Below, piece by piece: positions 8,287 through 16,470 of a DNA stretch of 64,000 nucleotides. The position numbers were made by a program, and so were the translations under genes. Each line of letters begins with the position of its first letter. The first letter of the stretch is position 1. Under the pieces are notes generated by a model that made no database searches, had not been told where the DNA came from, and was given only the letters and a program-made list of their open reading frames with translations. This DNA comes from Clostridia bacterium (GTDB lineage: Bacteria > Bacillota > Clostridia > Christensenellales > Borkfalkiaceae), in the NCBI GenBank assembly GCA_017463205.1, contig JAFTPQ010000008.1, positions 20,896 through 84,895 of the forward strand, given 5' to 3'.

Positions 8287-8336
8287 TTTTGAAATGATTT
8301 AAAAATATCTGCGTAGTATGATAAAAGTGTAGGATA

Positions 8337-8355
8337 GGGGCAGGTATGCGTTGAA
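8337..8355 (+). repeat. Dispersed 19-nt motif, 19/19
   Basis: Exact copy ending 29 nt before the response-regulator start codon, followed by atat and AAAA. Confidence 0.95.
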
Positions 8356-8384
8356 ATATAAAACAAGGAGGCAGGTGCGCGATC

Positions 8385-9055
8385 ATGGCAAAAATTTTGG
8401 TTGTAGAAGACGATCGGGCGATCAATGGATTGATCTGTTTACGGCTTCGCGCCGAAGGACACGAGGTGACGGCTTGTTACGATGGCGAGGAGGCTCTTTC
8501 CGCGATGGAAACGGAGAGCTTTTCTATGATTATCAGCGATATTATGATGCCGAAAACGGACGGGTTTCAACTTGCCGAAAACGTGCGTTTGACGGATAAA
8601 AAAATTCCCATTTATTTATGACGGCAAAGGACGACAAGCCTTCTAAATTATACGCCTATCAATTGGGAGTAGACGATTACGTAGTGAAACCCTTCGATAT
8701 GGACGTGTTTATTTTAAAGGTGTCGGCGATGTTGCGCCGCGCGGGGATCGAGGCAAGCAAGCAACTGACGGTGGGAAATCTGTCGATGAACGCGGAAGAA
8801 CATACGGCGTATTTAAACGGGGAAGAATTATCCCTCACCGTGCGGGAATTCGATTTGCTGTTTAAATTGTTGTCCTATCCGAAAAAGACGTTTACGCGCT
8901 CGGCACTGATGGATGAATTTTGGGATTACGATTCGTCGGCAACGTCGCGGACGGTGGACGTATATATGGCGAAATTGCGCGAAAAGACGTCCGATTGCGA
9001 CGGGTTCGATATCGTCACGGTACACGGGCTTGGGTATAAGGCGGTGTTGAAATGA
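8385..9055 (+). pseudogene. OmpR-family response regulator interrupted by a 1-nt frameshift near 8611-8620
   Basis: ORF 8385-8621 is the receiver domain up to KKIPIYL*. ORF 8618-9055 continues with MTAKDD..., then the rest of the receiver and the winged-helix domain, in another frame. One extra T would restore IPIYFMTAKDD. Confidence 0.85.
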
Positions 9056-10095
9056 AACAAAACAACGGTTGGGCAACGGCGTGGGGATTTTTGCTGTTTT
9101 TGCTTACCAGCGCGGTGTCGGTGACGGCGACAATGTTGGTGTACGGCAAAGTGGAAGAAACGGGCGCAGGCTTAACAACGGTGATCGTCGTTATGCTGCT
9201 GGTTGTTGTGTTTTTGGCGGTGCTGTTTACGACGGCGGACGTTATACGCCGTCGCATTGCGGTGGAAAAACCCACCGAACAAATTTTGGCGGCTACCGAA
9301 CGGATCGCAAAAGGGGATTTTAATACGCGCCTTACCGTCGAGCACCGTTACGATCGTTACGATCAGTATGACGAAATAAAGGAAAATCTTAATCTGATGG
9401 CGGAAGAATTGAAAAAGTCGGAAATTTTAAAAACCGATTTCATTTCAAACGTTTCGCACGAATTAAAAACGCCGTTGTCGGTGATCCGCGCGTATGCGGC
9501 GGAACTGCAAAAAGAAGATCTGGATGACGAAACGCGTAAAAAATACGCCGATATTATCGTAAACGCGTCGAAACGCCTGACCGATCTGGTTACAAACGTG
9601 TTAAAATTAAATAAATTGGAAAATGCGAAAATTTTACCCGAAGCGGAAAAGTTTCGTTTGGACGAAAGTCTTGCGGAAACGGTGTTTGCATTTGAGGAGG
9701 GACTGGAAAATAAAAATATCTGCTTGGACGTACAGTTGGAAGAATTGTCCGTTTATTCGGTGAAAAGTTATTTGGAAATCGTATTCAACAACTTACTTTC
9801 CAATGCCGTAAAATTCACAAACGAGGGGGGCAGGGTTGCGTTAACGTTAAAAAAGCTGGGCAAAAATGCCGTCGTAACGGTGTCGGATACGGGCTGCGGG
9901 ATCGACGAAGAAACAGGCAAGCGTATCTTCGATAAATTTTATCAAGGGGATACGTCGCACGCGTTAGAAGGCAACGGCTTGGGATTGGCATTGGTGAAAA
10001 AAGTCATCGATATCCTCGGCGGAGAAATTACGGTGGAAAGCGAACAGGGGAAGGGGACGACCTTCACCGTCGTGTTAAAAGAAACGGTGGTATAA
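9052..10095 (+). CDS. Sensor histidine kinase, intramembrane-sensing type
   Basis: Two N-terminal TM helices with a loop of about 9 aa, HAMP, the H-box FISNVSHELKTPLS, and the HATPase motifs GGRVALTL and GNGLGLALVK. ATGA overlap with the regulator gene. Confidence 0.9.
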   Translation: MKQNNGWATAWGFLLFLLTSAVSVTATMLVYGKVEETGAGLTTVIVVMLLVVVFLAVLFTTADVIRRRIAVEKPTEQILAATERIAKGDFNTRLTVEHRYDRYDQYDEIKENLNLMAEELKKSEILKTDFISNVSHELKTPLSVIRAYAAELQKEDLDDETRKKYADIIVNASKRLTDLVTNVLKLNKLENAKILPEAEKFRLDESLAETVFAFEEGLENKNICLDVQLEELSVYSVKSYLEIVFNNLLSNAVKFTNEGGRVALTLKKLGKNAVVTVSDTGCGIDEETGKRIFDKFYQGDTSHALEGNGLGLALVKKVIDILGGEITVESEQGKGTTFTVVLKETVV

Positions 10096-10171
10096 CGTAA
10101 CGGAAATTTTTGCAAAAAGTTTTGTAAAAATGCGTTGAAAAAGTCAGTGTAACAGGCATAAAGGATCGAAG

Positions 10172-11083
10172 ATGAAAGATACATTTTTGCGTATTTGGCA
10201 ACAATTAAAAAAGCCGCGCGCGGCAATTTTCGCCTTATCGTGCGTGATCACAGCATTATTATCGACAGGTTCTCTGTGTATCCTTTTGATCGATTACGAA
10301 GGCACGGCGCTTGAATACGTTGCCTACGTGTTGTTTGGACTTGCGGCGATATCGCTGACGTACACGGTGTACGGTTTCGTTTTGTATATACCCCGTTGGA
10401 AAAAGAGCCTGACGGCATGGCTGAATACCATTCCTTTGACGGCAAAGCTGATGAAAAATTACGGTTTCCGTACGGTGCTGTTTTCTGCGCTGTCTTTGAC
10501 AATATCGATTTTGTACGGGTTGTACAACGGAGTGATCGCTCTGATTTTCCATTCTATTTGGTACGGCGCATTGGCGGCATATTACATCATTTTGGTTTGT
10601 ATGCGGGGCGGGATCGTACTCTATCACGGCAAGAAACGGGGCAAAGAGCGGAAGGACGCGACAGAGATGCGGAAATACCGTAACTGCGGCATTTTATTGA
10701 TCGTTACGATCTTGGCGTTGTCGATCGCTATTTTGCAAATGGTGGCGGCGGGCGCGGGGTTTGAAAAGCAAGGCTTGATGATCTATGTGGCGGCTACGTA
10801 CACGTTTTATAAAATGACGATGTCGATCGTCAACATTTTCAAAGCGAGAAGATCGCAAGATTATACGGTGCAAACGCTCCGCAACGTAAACCTTGCCGAT
10901 GCCTTGGTGTCGATTTTGGCGTTGCAAACGTCGATGTTTATCGCCTTTTCGGACGGAACGGGCGTGGCACTGGCAAACGCATTGACGGGCGGCGTAGTTT
11001 GCGCGTTGGTGTGTGCGTTGGGTGTATTTATGATCGTGAAAGGAAACCGTGCGTTGCGCAACGAAAAGAAGAAAAATGCATAA
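10172..11083 (+). CDS. Polytopic membrane protein, unknown function
   Basis: A 303-aa hydrophobic ORF directly downstream of the kinase gene. Confidence 0.55.
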   Translation: MKDTFLRIWQQLKKPRAAIFALSCVITALLSTGSLCILLIDYEGTALEYVAYVLFGLAAISLTYTVYGFVLYIPRWKKSLTAWLNTIPLTAKLMKNYGFRTVLFSALSLTISILYGLYNGVIALIFHSIWYGALAAYYIILVCMRGGIVLYHGKKRGKERKDATEMRKYRNCGILLIVTILALSIAILQMVAAGAGFEKQGLMIYVAATYTFYKMTMSIVNIFKARRSQDYTVQTLRNVNLADALVSILALQTSMFIAFSDGTGVALANALTGGVVCALVCALGVFMIVKGNRALRNEKKKNA

Positions 11084-11095
11084 TGGGAGAGAATT

Positions 11096-11506
11096 ATGAA
11101 AGAAACAAAAGATAAATTTGCCTATCAGTACAGCGCTCCGACCGAGCGCGAGCGCAAAACTGCGGAAGAGATTCGCGCAAGATATGCTCCGGAGGAAGAA
11201 ACCACGGATAAATTGTCGCAGTTGCAACGTTTGGATAAAAAAGCGTCGCAACCGCCTATGATCGTTGCGCTCAGTTTCGGTGTTGTGGGCATCTTGATTT
11301 TCGGGACGGGGTTGACAATGATCCTCGAATGGACTTTATTGTTATATGGTTGCCTCGTCGCGCTTTTGGGGTTGTTGCCCGTGGGGTTTGCATATCCCGT
11401 CTATCGAAAGTTGGCGGCGCGCGGACGAAAAAAATACGGCGCGCAAATTTTGAAATTGAGCGAAGAAATTTTAAAAGAATCGGAAGAAAACGACGAAAAC
11501 TCTTAA
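11096..11506 (+). CDS. Small two-TM membrane protein; paralog of 12552-12896
   Basis: Shares the pattern L..L.KKA..P..I.A..FG.VG.L..G.G...YxK....G..KY...IL.LS.EIL with the 12552 product. Confidence 0.55.
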   Translation: MKETKDKFAYQYSAPTERERKTAEEIRARYAPEEETTDKLSQLQRLDKKASQPPMIVALSFGVVGILIFGTGLTMILEWTLLLYGCLVALLGLLPVGFAYPVYRKLAARGRKKYGAQILKLSEEILKESEENDENS

Positions 11507-11569
11507 ACGAAAAATAAAAACGCGACCTTTTTAACAGGTTGCGTTTACTCTTTTATCGGTTTGTTTTTT

Positions 11570-11863
11570 CTATGCTTGCAGGTATGTGTTTGTCAGCAAT
11601 TCGTCAACGGAAACATGAAAGATTTGGCAAAAATACAGCAATTCGATATCCGTAACGAACCGCTGACCGCTTTCGATGCGCTGAATGGCGTTTTTATCTA
11701 TGTCCAATCCCAACAGTTGGCATTTCTGCGCCAACGATTGTTGCGACATTTTCGGGGTCGCTTGTTTCCGAAGTTGACAAATCGCGTTTCCGCAAACGTT
11801 GTTTTTTCCACTTTTTGCTCTGTTTTTAAACATTTTTTTTCCTATATATACGTTTTTTGACAT
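11570..11863 (-). CDS. XRE-family helix-turn-helix transcriptional regulator (start may be ATG at 11833)
   Basis: MSQQSLAQKCQLLGLDIDKNAIQRIESGQRFVTDIELLYFCQIFHVSVDELL is a typical Cro/C1 HTH. Confidence 0.7.
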   Translation of the reverse strand: MSKNVYIGKKMFKNRAKSGKNNVCGNAICQLRKQATPKMSQQSLAQKCQLLGLDIDKNAIQRIESGQRFVTDIELLYFCQIFHVSVDELLTNTYLQA

Positions 11864-11908
11864 TTTGTGCTTGACAAATTATATGATAGTATGTTAAAAT
11901 AATAAAAA

Positions 11909-12007
11909 TGACATTCACTAAATGTCAAAAAAATAAAACAGATCACACTCCTAAAAAATTTTTAAAAATACACTTTTGCGAAAAAAAGCCGCAAGAGTGT
12001 ATTTTTT
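11909..12007 (+). ncRNA. Candidate small RNA or leader: 5' hairpin plus strong intrinsic terminator
   Basis: A TTGACA-N18-TAAAAT promoter at 11871-11900. A TGACATT-CACTA-AATGTCA hairpin or operator at 11909-11927. A 13-bp stem at 11968-12002 followed by T5. No RBS-preceded ORF. Confidence 0.3.
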
Positions 12008-12146
12008 GTTGCGACCTAGGGGCTTGGAACGTGTTTTTAGGGTGAAGTTTTTTATGTTGAGTGAAGTTCGCTTTGCGAGTGAAGTTTTGTCTTGCGACAA
12101 AGTTGTAGCTGGGATTTATAACGGGCAACGACAAGCGTTGCCATAA

Positions 12147-12452
12147 CTGCTTCGCAGTAGTGGCGCAACCTTTCGGTTGCTTAATGGGGGCTTTACTTTG
12201 CAAGGGCTTCCGCCCCTGCACCCCGACAAGAAACTGAGTTTCTTGACTTCCTGTTGGGGAACGACAAGGTTATTAATATCAATAAAGAAAGATAGAAAGA
12301 CAAGATCCAACGGAACGTTGGCTGCCCACACCCGTAAGGGACAATGCCCCTTAACCCCTTATTGGGTGTCGATACGGTTACAAGTTCCGATAACGAAAGA
12401 TAGAAAGTCAAGGTCAAGCGGAACGCTTGCGGAACGTTGGCGGTTTTACAAA
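12147..12452 (+). repeat. Modular intergenic repeat, copy 2 (cassette order B-U then P-U)
   Basis: See copy 1. Same modules in the same orientation, but with the cassette order permuted. Confidence 0.85.
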
Positions 12453-12551
12453 ACTTTAACAAAACCTTTTCAAAACGTTTACCAAATTTTATTTTTTTGG
12501 AAATATATTCGGCGTATAATAGTGGTATCAAACAAAACCACGGAGGACGTT

Positions 12552-12896
12552 ATGGATAGAACAATAAAAATAGCGACAAACATTCGCGATCAATATACGG
12601 AAAAGCCCAAAACAAAATTGGACGAATTGATCGAATTAAATAAAAAGGCGAAACGCCCCGCGGAAATTTTCGCTTACGGGTTTGGTACGGTCGGTACGTT
12701 AGTGCTCGGTGCGGGAATGTGCTTGGCAATGGAAGTGTTGGGCACGGGACTGATGCCGATAGGAATTGCAATCGGGCTGGTGGGGATCACAATGGTGGCG
12801 ATAAATTACACGTTGTATAAAGGCTTGGAAAAGAAGGGAAAAGCCAAATACGCAAAAAAGATATTGTCGCTCAGCAACGAAATTTTACACGAGTAA
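12552..12896 (+). CDS. Small two-TM membrane protein; paralog of 11096-11506
   Basis: GGAGG RBS before ATG 12552. The track ORF from 12177 is an artefactual extension through the repeat. Confidence 0.55.
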   Translation: MDRTIKIATNIRDQYTEKPKTKLDELIELNKKAKRPAEIFAYGFGTVGTLVLGAGMCLAMEVLGTGLMPIGIAIGLVGITMVAINYTLYKGLEKKGKAKYAKKILSLSNEILHE

Positions 12897-12930
12897 GAAA
12901 AAAATAATATTATATCGGAGGATAAAAACA

Positions 12931-13071
12931 ATGGCAAACTTTTTCAAAAAAGCATTTCAGGACATGAAGGACAACGCAAAGGCGCAACATGAAGTGGACA
13001 AAGCGAATTTCGAGGCGGTGAAAGCCGAATCGAAAGCAACGCGGGAAGAAGCGAAGATGACGCCCGCGTAA
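12931..13071 (+). CDS. Small charged coiled-coil ORF (46 aa); the frame continues past an in-frame TAA to 13179
   Basis: GGAGGA RBS 8 nt before ATG 12931. MANFFKKAFQDMKDNAKAQHEVDKANFEAVKAE... with a TAA at 13069-13071, after which 35 further Lys/Glu/Ala-rich codons continue in the same frame. Confidence 0.35.
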   Translation: MANFFKKAFQDMKDNAKAQHEVDKANFEAVKAESKATREEAKMTPA

Positions 13072-13246
13072 CGACAGGCGATGATGCAACAAGAACGCGA
13101 CGAACAGATCGCAGAAGCAAACGTGCGCAAAGAGGCGGCGGAAGAACGCATCGAAGCGGCGAAAAACGGGCGTAAATAAGTCGAAAAACGGGGAACGGAA
13201 TACAGTTCTCCGTTTTGTCCTATTTCAACGTACAAGGGAGGGACGA

Positions 13247-14836
13247 ATGAAGAAAACGTATCGGTATAAAGTAAACGATAAACAAATAGAACGGGAATAT
13301 AATTATATCCCCGTTCGGTATATTTTGGCTGCGTTGATCACGCTGATCGAGATCGCGGCGATCATCGGCATTGTTGTGGCGTTGTGCTATTTTGTGCCCT
13401 ATTTTTATTTGGCGGCGTTTGCAACGCAAGTGTTTTGCGTCGTGCGGATCATCGCATCCGACGACAATCCCGATTATAAAGTGCCTTGGTTGCTGTTTGT
13501 GATGATCTTGCCCATCGCAGGGTTTATACTGTATTTCTTATTTTATTCCCGCAAACTGCAAAAAAAGTTTGTCAAACGGTTGAACGAGTTGAAAAACAAC
13601 GCCTATCAAAAGGAAGACGAGAAATTGTTTGTTCAATTGAAAGAAGAAAACATCGTGGCGTATAACCAAGCGAAAGCATTGTGCGCCGTATCCGAAGCGC
13701 ACCTGTTTTCCGATACGAAACAAACATATTTTGCGAGCGGCGAGGAAATGTTTGCAAGTATGTTGACCGATCTGCGCGCAGCGAAAAAATTTATTTTTAT
13801 GGAATATTTCATCATCGAAGAAGGGAAATTTTGGGATTCGATTTTAGAGATATTAAAAGAGAAAGCGGCGGCGGGATTGGACGTACGGGTGGTGTACGAT
13901 GACGTGGGTTGTATGTCCACTTTGCCGGGAGATTACGATCGGCAGTTGCGGAAATTCGGCATTGACGCCACGCCGTTTTCCCGTTTGAAAGGACAAGCCG
14001 ACGGCGAATTTAACAATCGAAGTCACCGAAAAATTACCGTGATCGACGGTTTCATCGCGTACACGGGTGGGGTGAATATCGCAGATGAATATATCAACCA
14101 CGTAGTGCGGTTTGGGCATTGGAAGGACGTGGGGTTGCGTTTGGAGGGCAACGCCGCGTGGGAGATGACGAAGTTGTTTTTGATCGATTACGGGCTGAAC
14201 AGTAAACCCAAAAAGCGGAAAAAGAAAAAGACGGCGCAAGAGGAAAGCAAGACGGAGTATTATCCCGTATGCAGTACGCGCGCGACGGGATACGTGATCC
14301 CTTTCGGGGACGGACCTCGTCCTATTTACGAACGGCGGGTGAGCAAGATCGCGATACAAAATATGTTGGATCAAGCGACGCGGTACGTGTATATGTTTAC
14401 GCCTTATTTGATTTTGGACAACGAAACGTGCGGTGCGATCGAAGGCGCAGCGTTGCGCGGAGTAGACGTTCGGATCGTCGTGCCGCATATTCCCGATAAA
14501 AAACTTGTTTTCGGTATGACGCGCAGTTTTTACTCCCGCTTGATGGACGCAGGGGTAAAGATATACGAATACACGCCCGGTTTTATTCATGCGAAGGTGT
14601 ATTTGGCGGACGACGAGCTGGCGATCGTGGGGACGGTGAACCTCGATTATCGCAGTTTGGTACATCATTTTGAAAACGGCGTATGGATGTACGGGTGCGA
14701 ATGTATCCGCGATATTAAGCAGGACGTACAGGAAACGTTGGCGAAAAGCGAATTGGTCGAAAAAAAGAATTTAAAAATCAGTATGTGGCAAAGAATGGTA
14801 CGTTCGGTGGTGAAAATTTTTGCGCCGATGCTGTAA
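13247..14836 (+). CDS. cls: Cardiolipin synthase (PLD superfamily), copy 1
   Basis: N-terminal TM pair and two HKD motifs (HRKITVIDG, HAKVYLADD). Confidence 0.9.
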   Translation: MKKTYRYKVNDKQIEREYNYIPVRYILAALITLIEIAAIIGIVVALCYFVPYFYLAAFATQVFCVVRIIASDDNPDYKVPWLLFVMILPIAGFILYFLFYSRKLQKKFVKRLNELKNNAYQKEDEKLFVQLKEENIVAYNQAKALCAVSEAHLFSDTKQTYFASGEEMFASMLTDLRAAKKFIFMEYFIIEEGKFWDSILEILKEKAAAGLDVRVVYDDVGCMSTLPGDYDRQLRKFGIDATPFSRLKGQADGEFNNRSHRKITVIDGFIAYTGGVNIADEYINHVVRFGHWKDVGLRLEGNAAWEMTKLFLIDYGLNSKPKKRKKKKTAQEESKTEYYPVCSTRATGYVIPFGDGPRPIYERRVSKIAIQNMLDQATRYVYMFTPYLILDNETCGAIEGAALRGVDVRIVVPHIPDKKLVFGMTRSFYSRLMDAGVKIYEYTPGFIHAKVYLADDELAIVGTVNLDYRSLVHHFENGVWMYGCECIRDIKQDVQETLAKSELVEKKNLKISMWQRMVRSVVKIFAPML

Positions 14837-14944
14837 CGATGCGTAACAATGCCATAAAAAAATCGTTTTTTAAGAAAAGTGTATAAAAAGGGCGACGAGT
14901 ATGAGCTCGCCGCCTTTTTCAAAGGGTATTCAATCAAATTTAGA

Positions 14945-16111
14945 TCACACGAAGGGGTGTTCTACGCGGATCACGCAAAAACAGTTGGGACGTTGCGCGC
15001 GTATCTTTTCCACCACTGCGTTTTCCGCTTCTTCCGTATTCATATTGCAATCGGGGGGCAACAGTAAGTCGAAGATTAAATTGATATTCGTTTCGCCCAT
15101 CGTCATACGGAAATCGTGAATGGAAAATCTGTCGTCCACCTCTTTTGCCGCTTGTTGCGCAAGCGCGCGCAATTCGTTGACGAGGGGATCGTTTACCACC
15201 AACGGATCGAGGTGTATCGTCACGATACAGCCAAAACGCGCGTTCATATCCCGCTCCATTCGATCGACTTCCTCGTGCGCGATATTGATATCGGAATCGG
15301 AGGGGACTTCGGCATGGAAAGAAACGATTTGCCGTCCGGGACCGTAATCATGTACCATAACGTCGTGGATCCCCACGATGCGCGGATAGTCTTTGGGAAA
15401 ATCGTAAATAGCTTGGATAAAAGCGGGGTCGGGCGTCGAACCCAACAGCAGATCGATGGTTTCTTTTGCTGCTTTCATGCCTGTAAAAAGAATGAAGATC
15501 GCCACCAAGATCCCTGCCCAACCGTCAATGCCGATTTGAAAATATTTGGCGACGATCGCAGACGCCAACACCAACGTTGTGGCAATGCAATCGGTGAGGC
15601 TGTCGGCGGCGGAGGCTTTTATCGGCGCGGAATTTGCCGATTTACCGATCTTGCGGTAAAAGAAAAACAGCCACACTTTCACCAAGATCGCCACGCCCAG
15701 CAAAACCAAAGTCACCGTTCCGACGTCGGGTAAAACGGGGTGTAAAATTTTATCCAAAGAGGATTTAAACAGTTCAAACCCGACCAAAATGATCAGCATA
15801 TCGACGATAAAGCCGGATACGTATTCTAATCTGCCGTGTCCCAAAGGATGTTCTTTATCGACGGGTTTGTTTGCCAAACGGCAGCCGATGAGGGTGATCA
15901 CGGACGAACCTGCGTCCGAAATATTGTTAAAAGCGTCTGCGATAATAGCAACGGACGCAGACAACAAACCGACGGTCAATTTTCCCGCAAACAGCAAGAT
16001 ATTCACCAAAATCCCCGTGATCCCCGCAAGGGATACGTATTTACTGCGTACGGCAGAGTCGTTCAAGTCGTTGTTTTTGCCTATAAAAAGGCGAATAAGA
16101 AAATGGATCAT
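14945..16111 (-). CDS. Cation diffusion facilitator family transporter
   Basis: Six TM segments with DAFNNISD and HxxxD-like sites, plus a cytoplasmic C-terminal domain. Confidence 0.85.
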   Translation of the reverse strand: MIHFLIRLFIGKNNDLNDSAVRSKYVSLAGITGILVNILLFAGKLTVGLLSASVAIIADAFNNISDAGSSVITLIGCRLANKPVDKEHPLGHGRLEYVSGFIVDMLIILVGFELFKSSLDKILHPVLPDVGTVTLVLLGVAILVKVWLFFFYRKIGKSANSAPIKASAADSLTDCIATTLVLASAIVAKYFQIGIDGWAGILVAIFILFTGMKAAKETIDLLLGSTPDPAFIQAIYDFPKDYPRIVGIHDVMVHDYGPGRQIVSFHAEVPSDSDINIAHEEVDRMERDMNARFGCIVTIHLDPLVVNDPLVNELRALAQQAAKEVDDRFSIHDFRMTMGETNINLIFDLLLPPDCNMNTEEAENAVVEKIRAQRPNCFCVIRVEHPFV

Positions 16112-16233
16112 AAAACACCTATCCGATCGAGCATTTATCTAATGAAAAGGAAAGAAAAGACCGACTTTGAAAACAACTTGTCGGTCTTTCTGTTTTAAAT
16201 TTTAAGACGGTACGCAGATCAATGCGTTAAGAT

Positions 16234-16458
16234 TTAAGCGTTTCCGTCATCGCCGCCTTGCGCTTGGCTTTCGCGTTCTTGTTTTGCTTTTTCCGCTTTT
16301 GTGATGATCGCAGAAGCGATTTTCACGGAAACGATGATCAAACCGATCACGACGAAAATAGCCAAAAGCCCTTGCCAAAGGAAGTTGAGCGCAGGTTTTA
16401 TCGTTTCCCAATTCATCGGAGTTAAACCTTCAAATACAGCCAATAACATAGTCAACAT
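16234..16458 (-). CDS. oadG: OadG-family sodium-pump decarboxylase gamma subunit
   Basis: A 74-aa single-TM protein immediately downstream of the beta subunit gene. AAGGAGG RBS. Confidence 0.65.
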   Translation of the reverse strand: MLTMLLAVFEGLTPMNWETIKPALNFLWQGLLAIFVVIGLIIVSVKIASAIITKAEKAKQERESQAQGGDDGNA

Positions 16459-16470
16459 AATCGTTCCTCC

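Noticed and set aside
7945-8302. ORFs predicted across the modular repeats (8060-8302 +, 7945-8286 -, 12116-12331 -, and the 12177-12551 part of the 12177-12896 ORF)
   Set aside because: Differences between the two repeat copies do not follow codon periodicity. The cassette order is permuted, the translations are not protein-like, and the true start of the 12552 gene has its own RBS.
13853-14668. Long antisense ORFs inside cls1, and similar ones at 26823-27620 (hslU), 42291-42956 (ABC exporter), 53861-54547 and 54665-55555 (secD), and 19805-20494 (comM)
   Set aside because: All lie opposite strongly supported genes. They are Arg/His/Phe-rich low-complexity translations and lack start-site signals. 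I treat them as frame artefacts.
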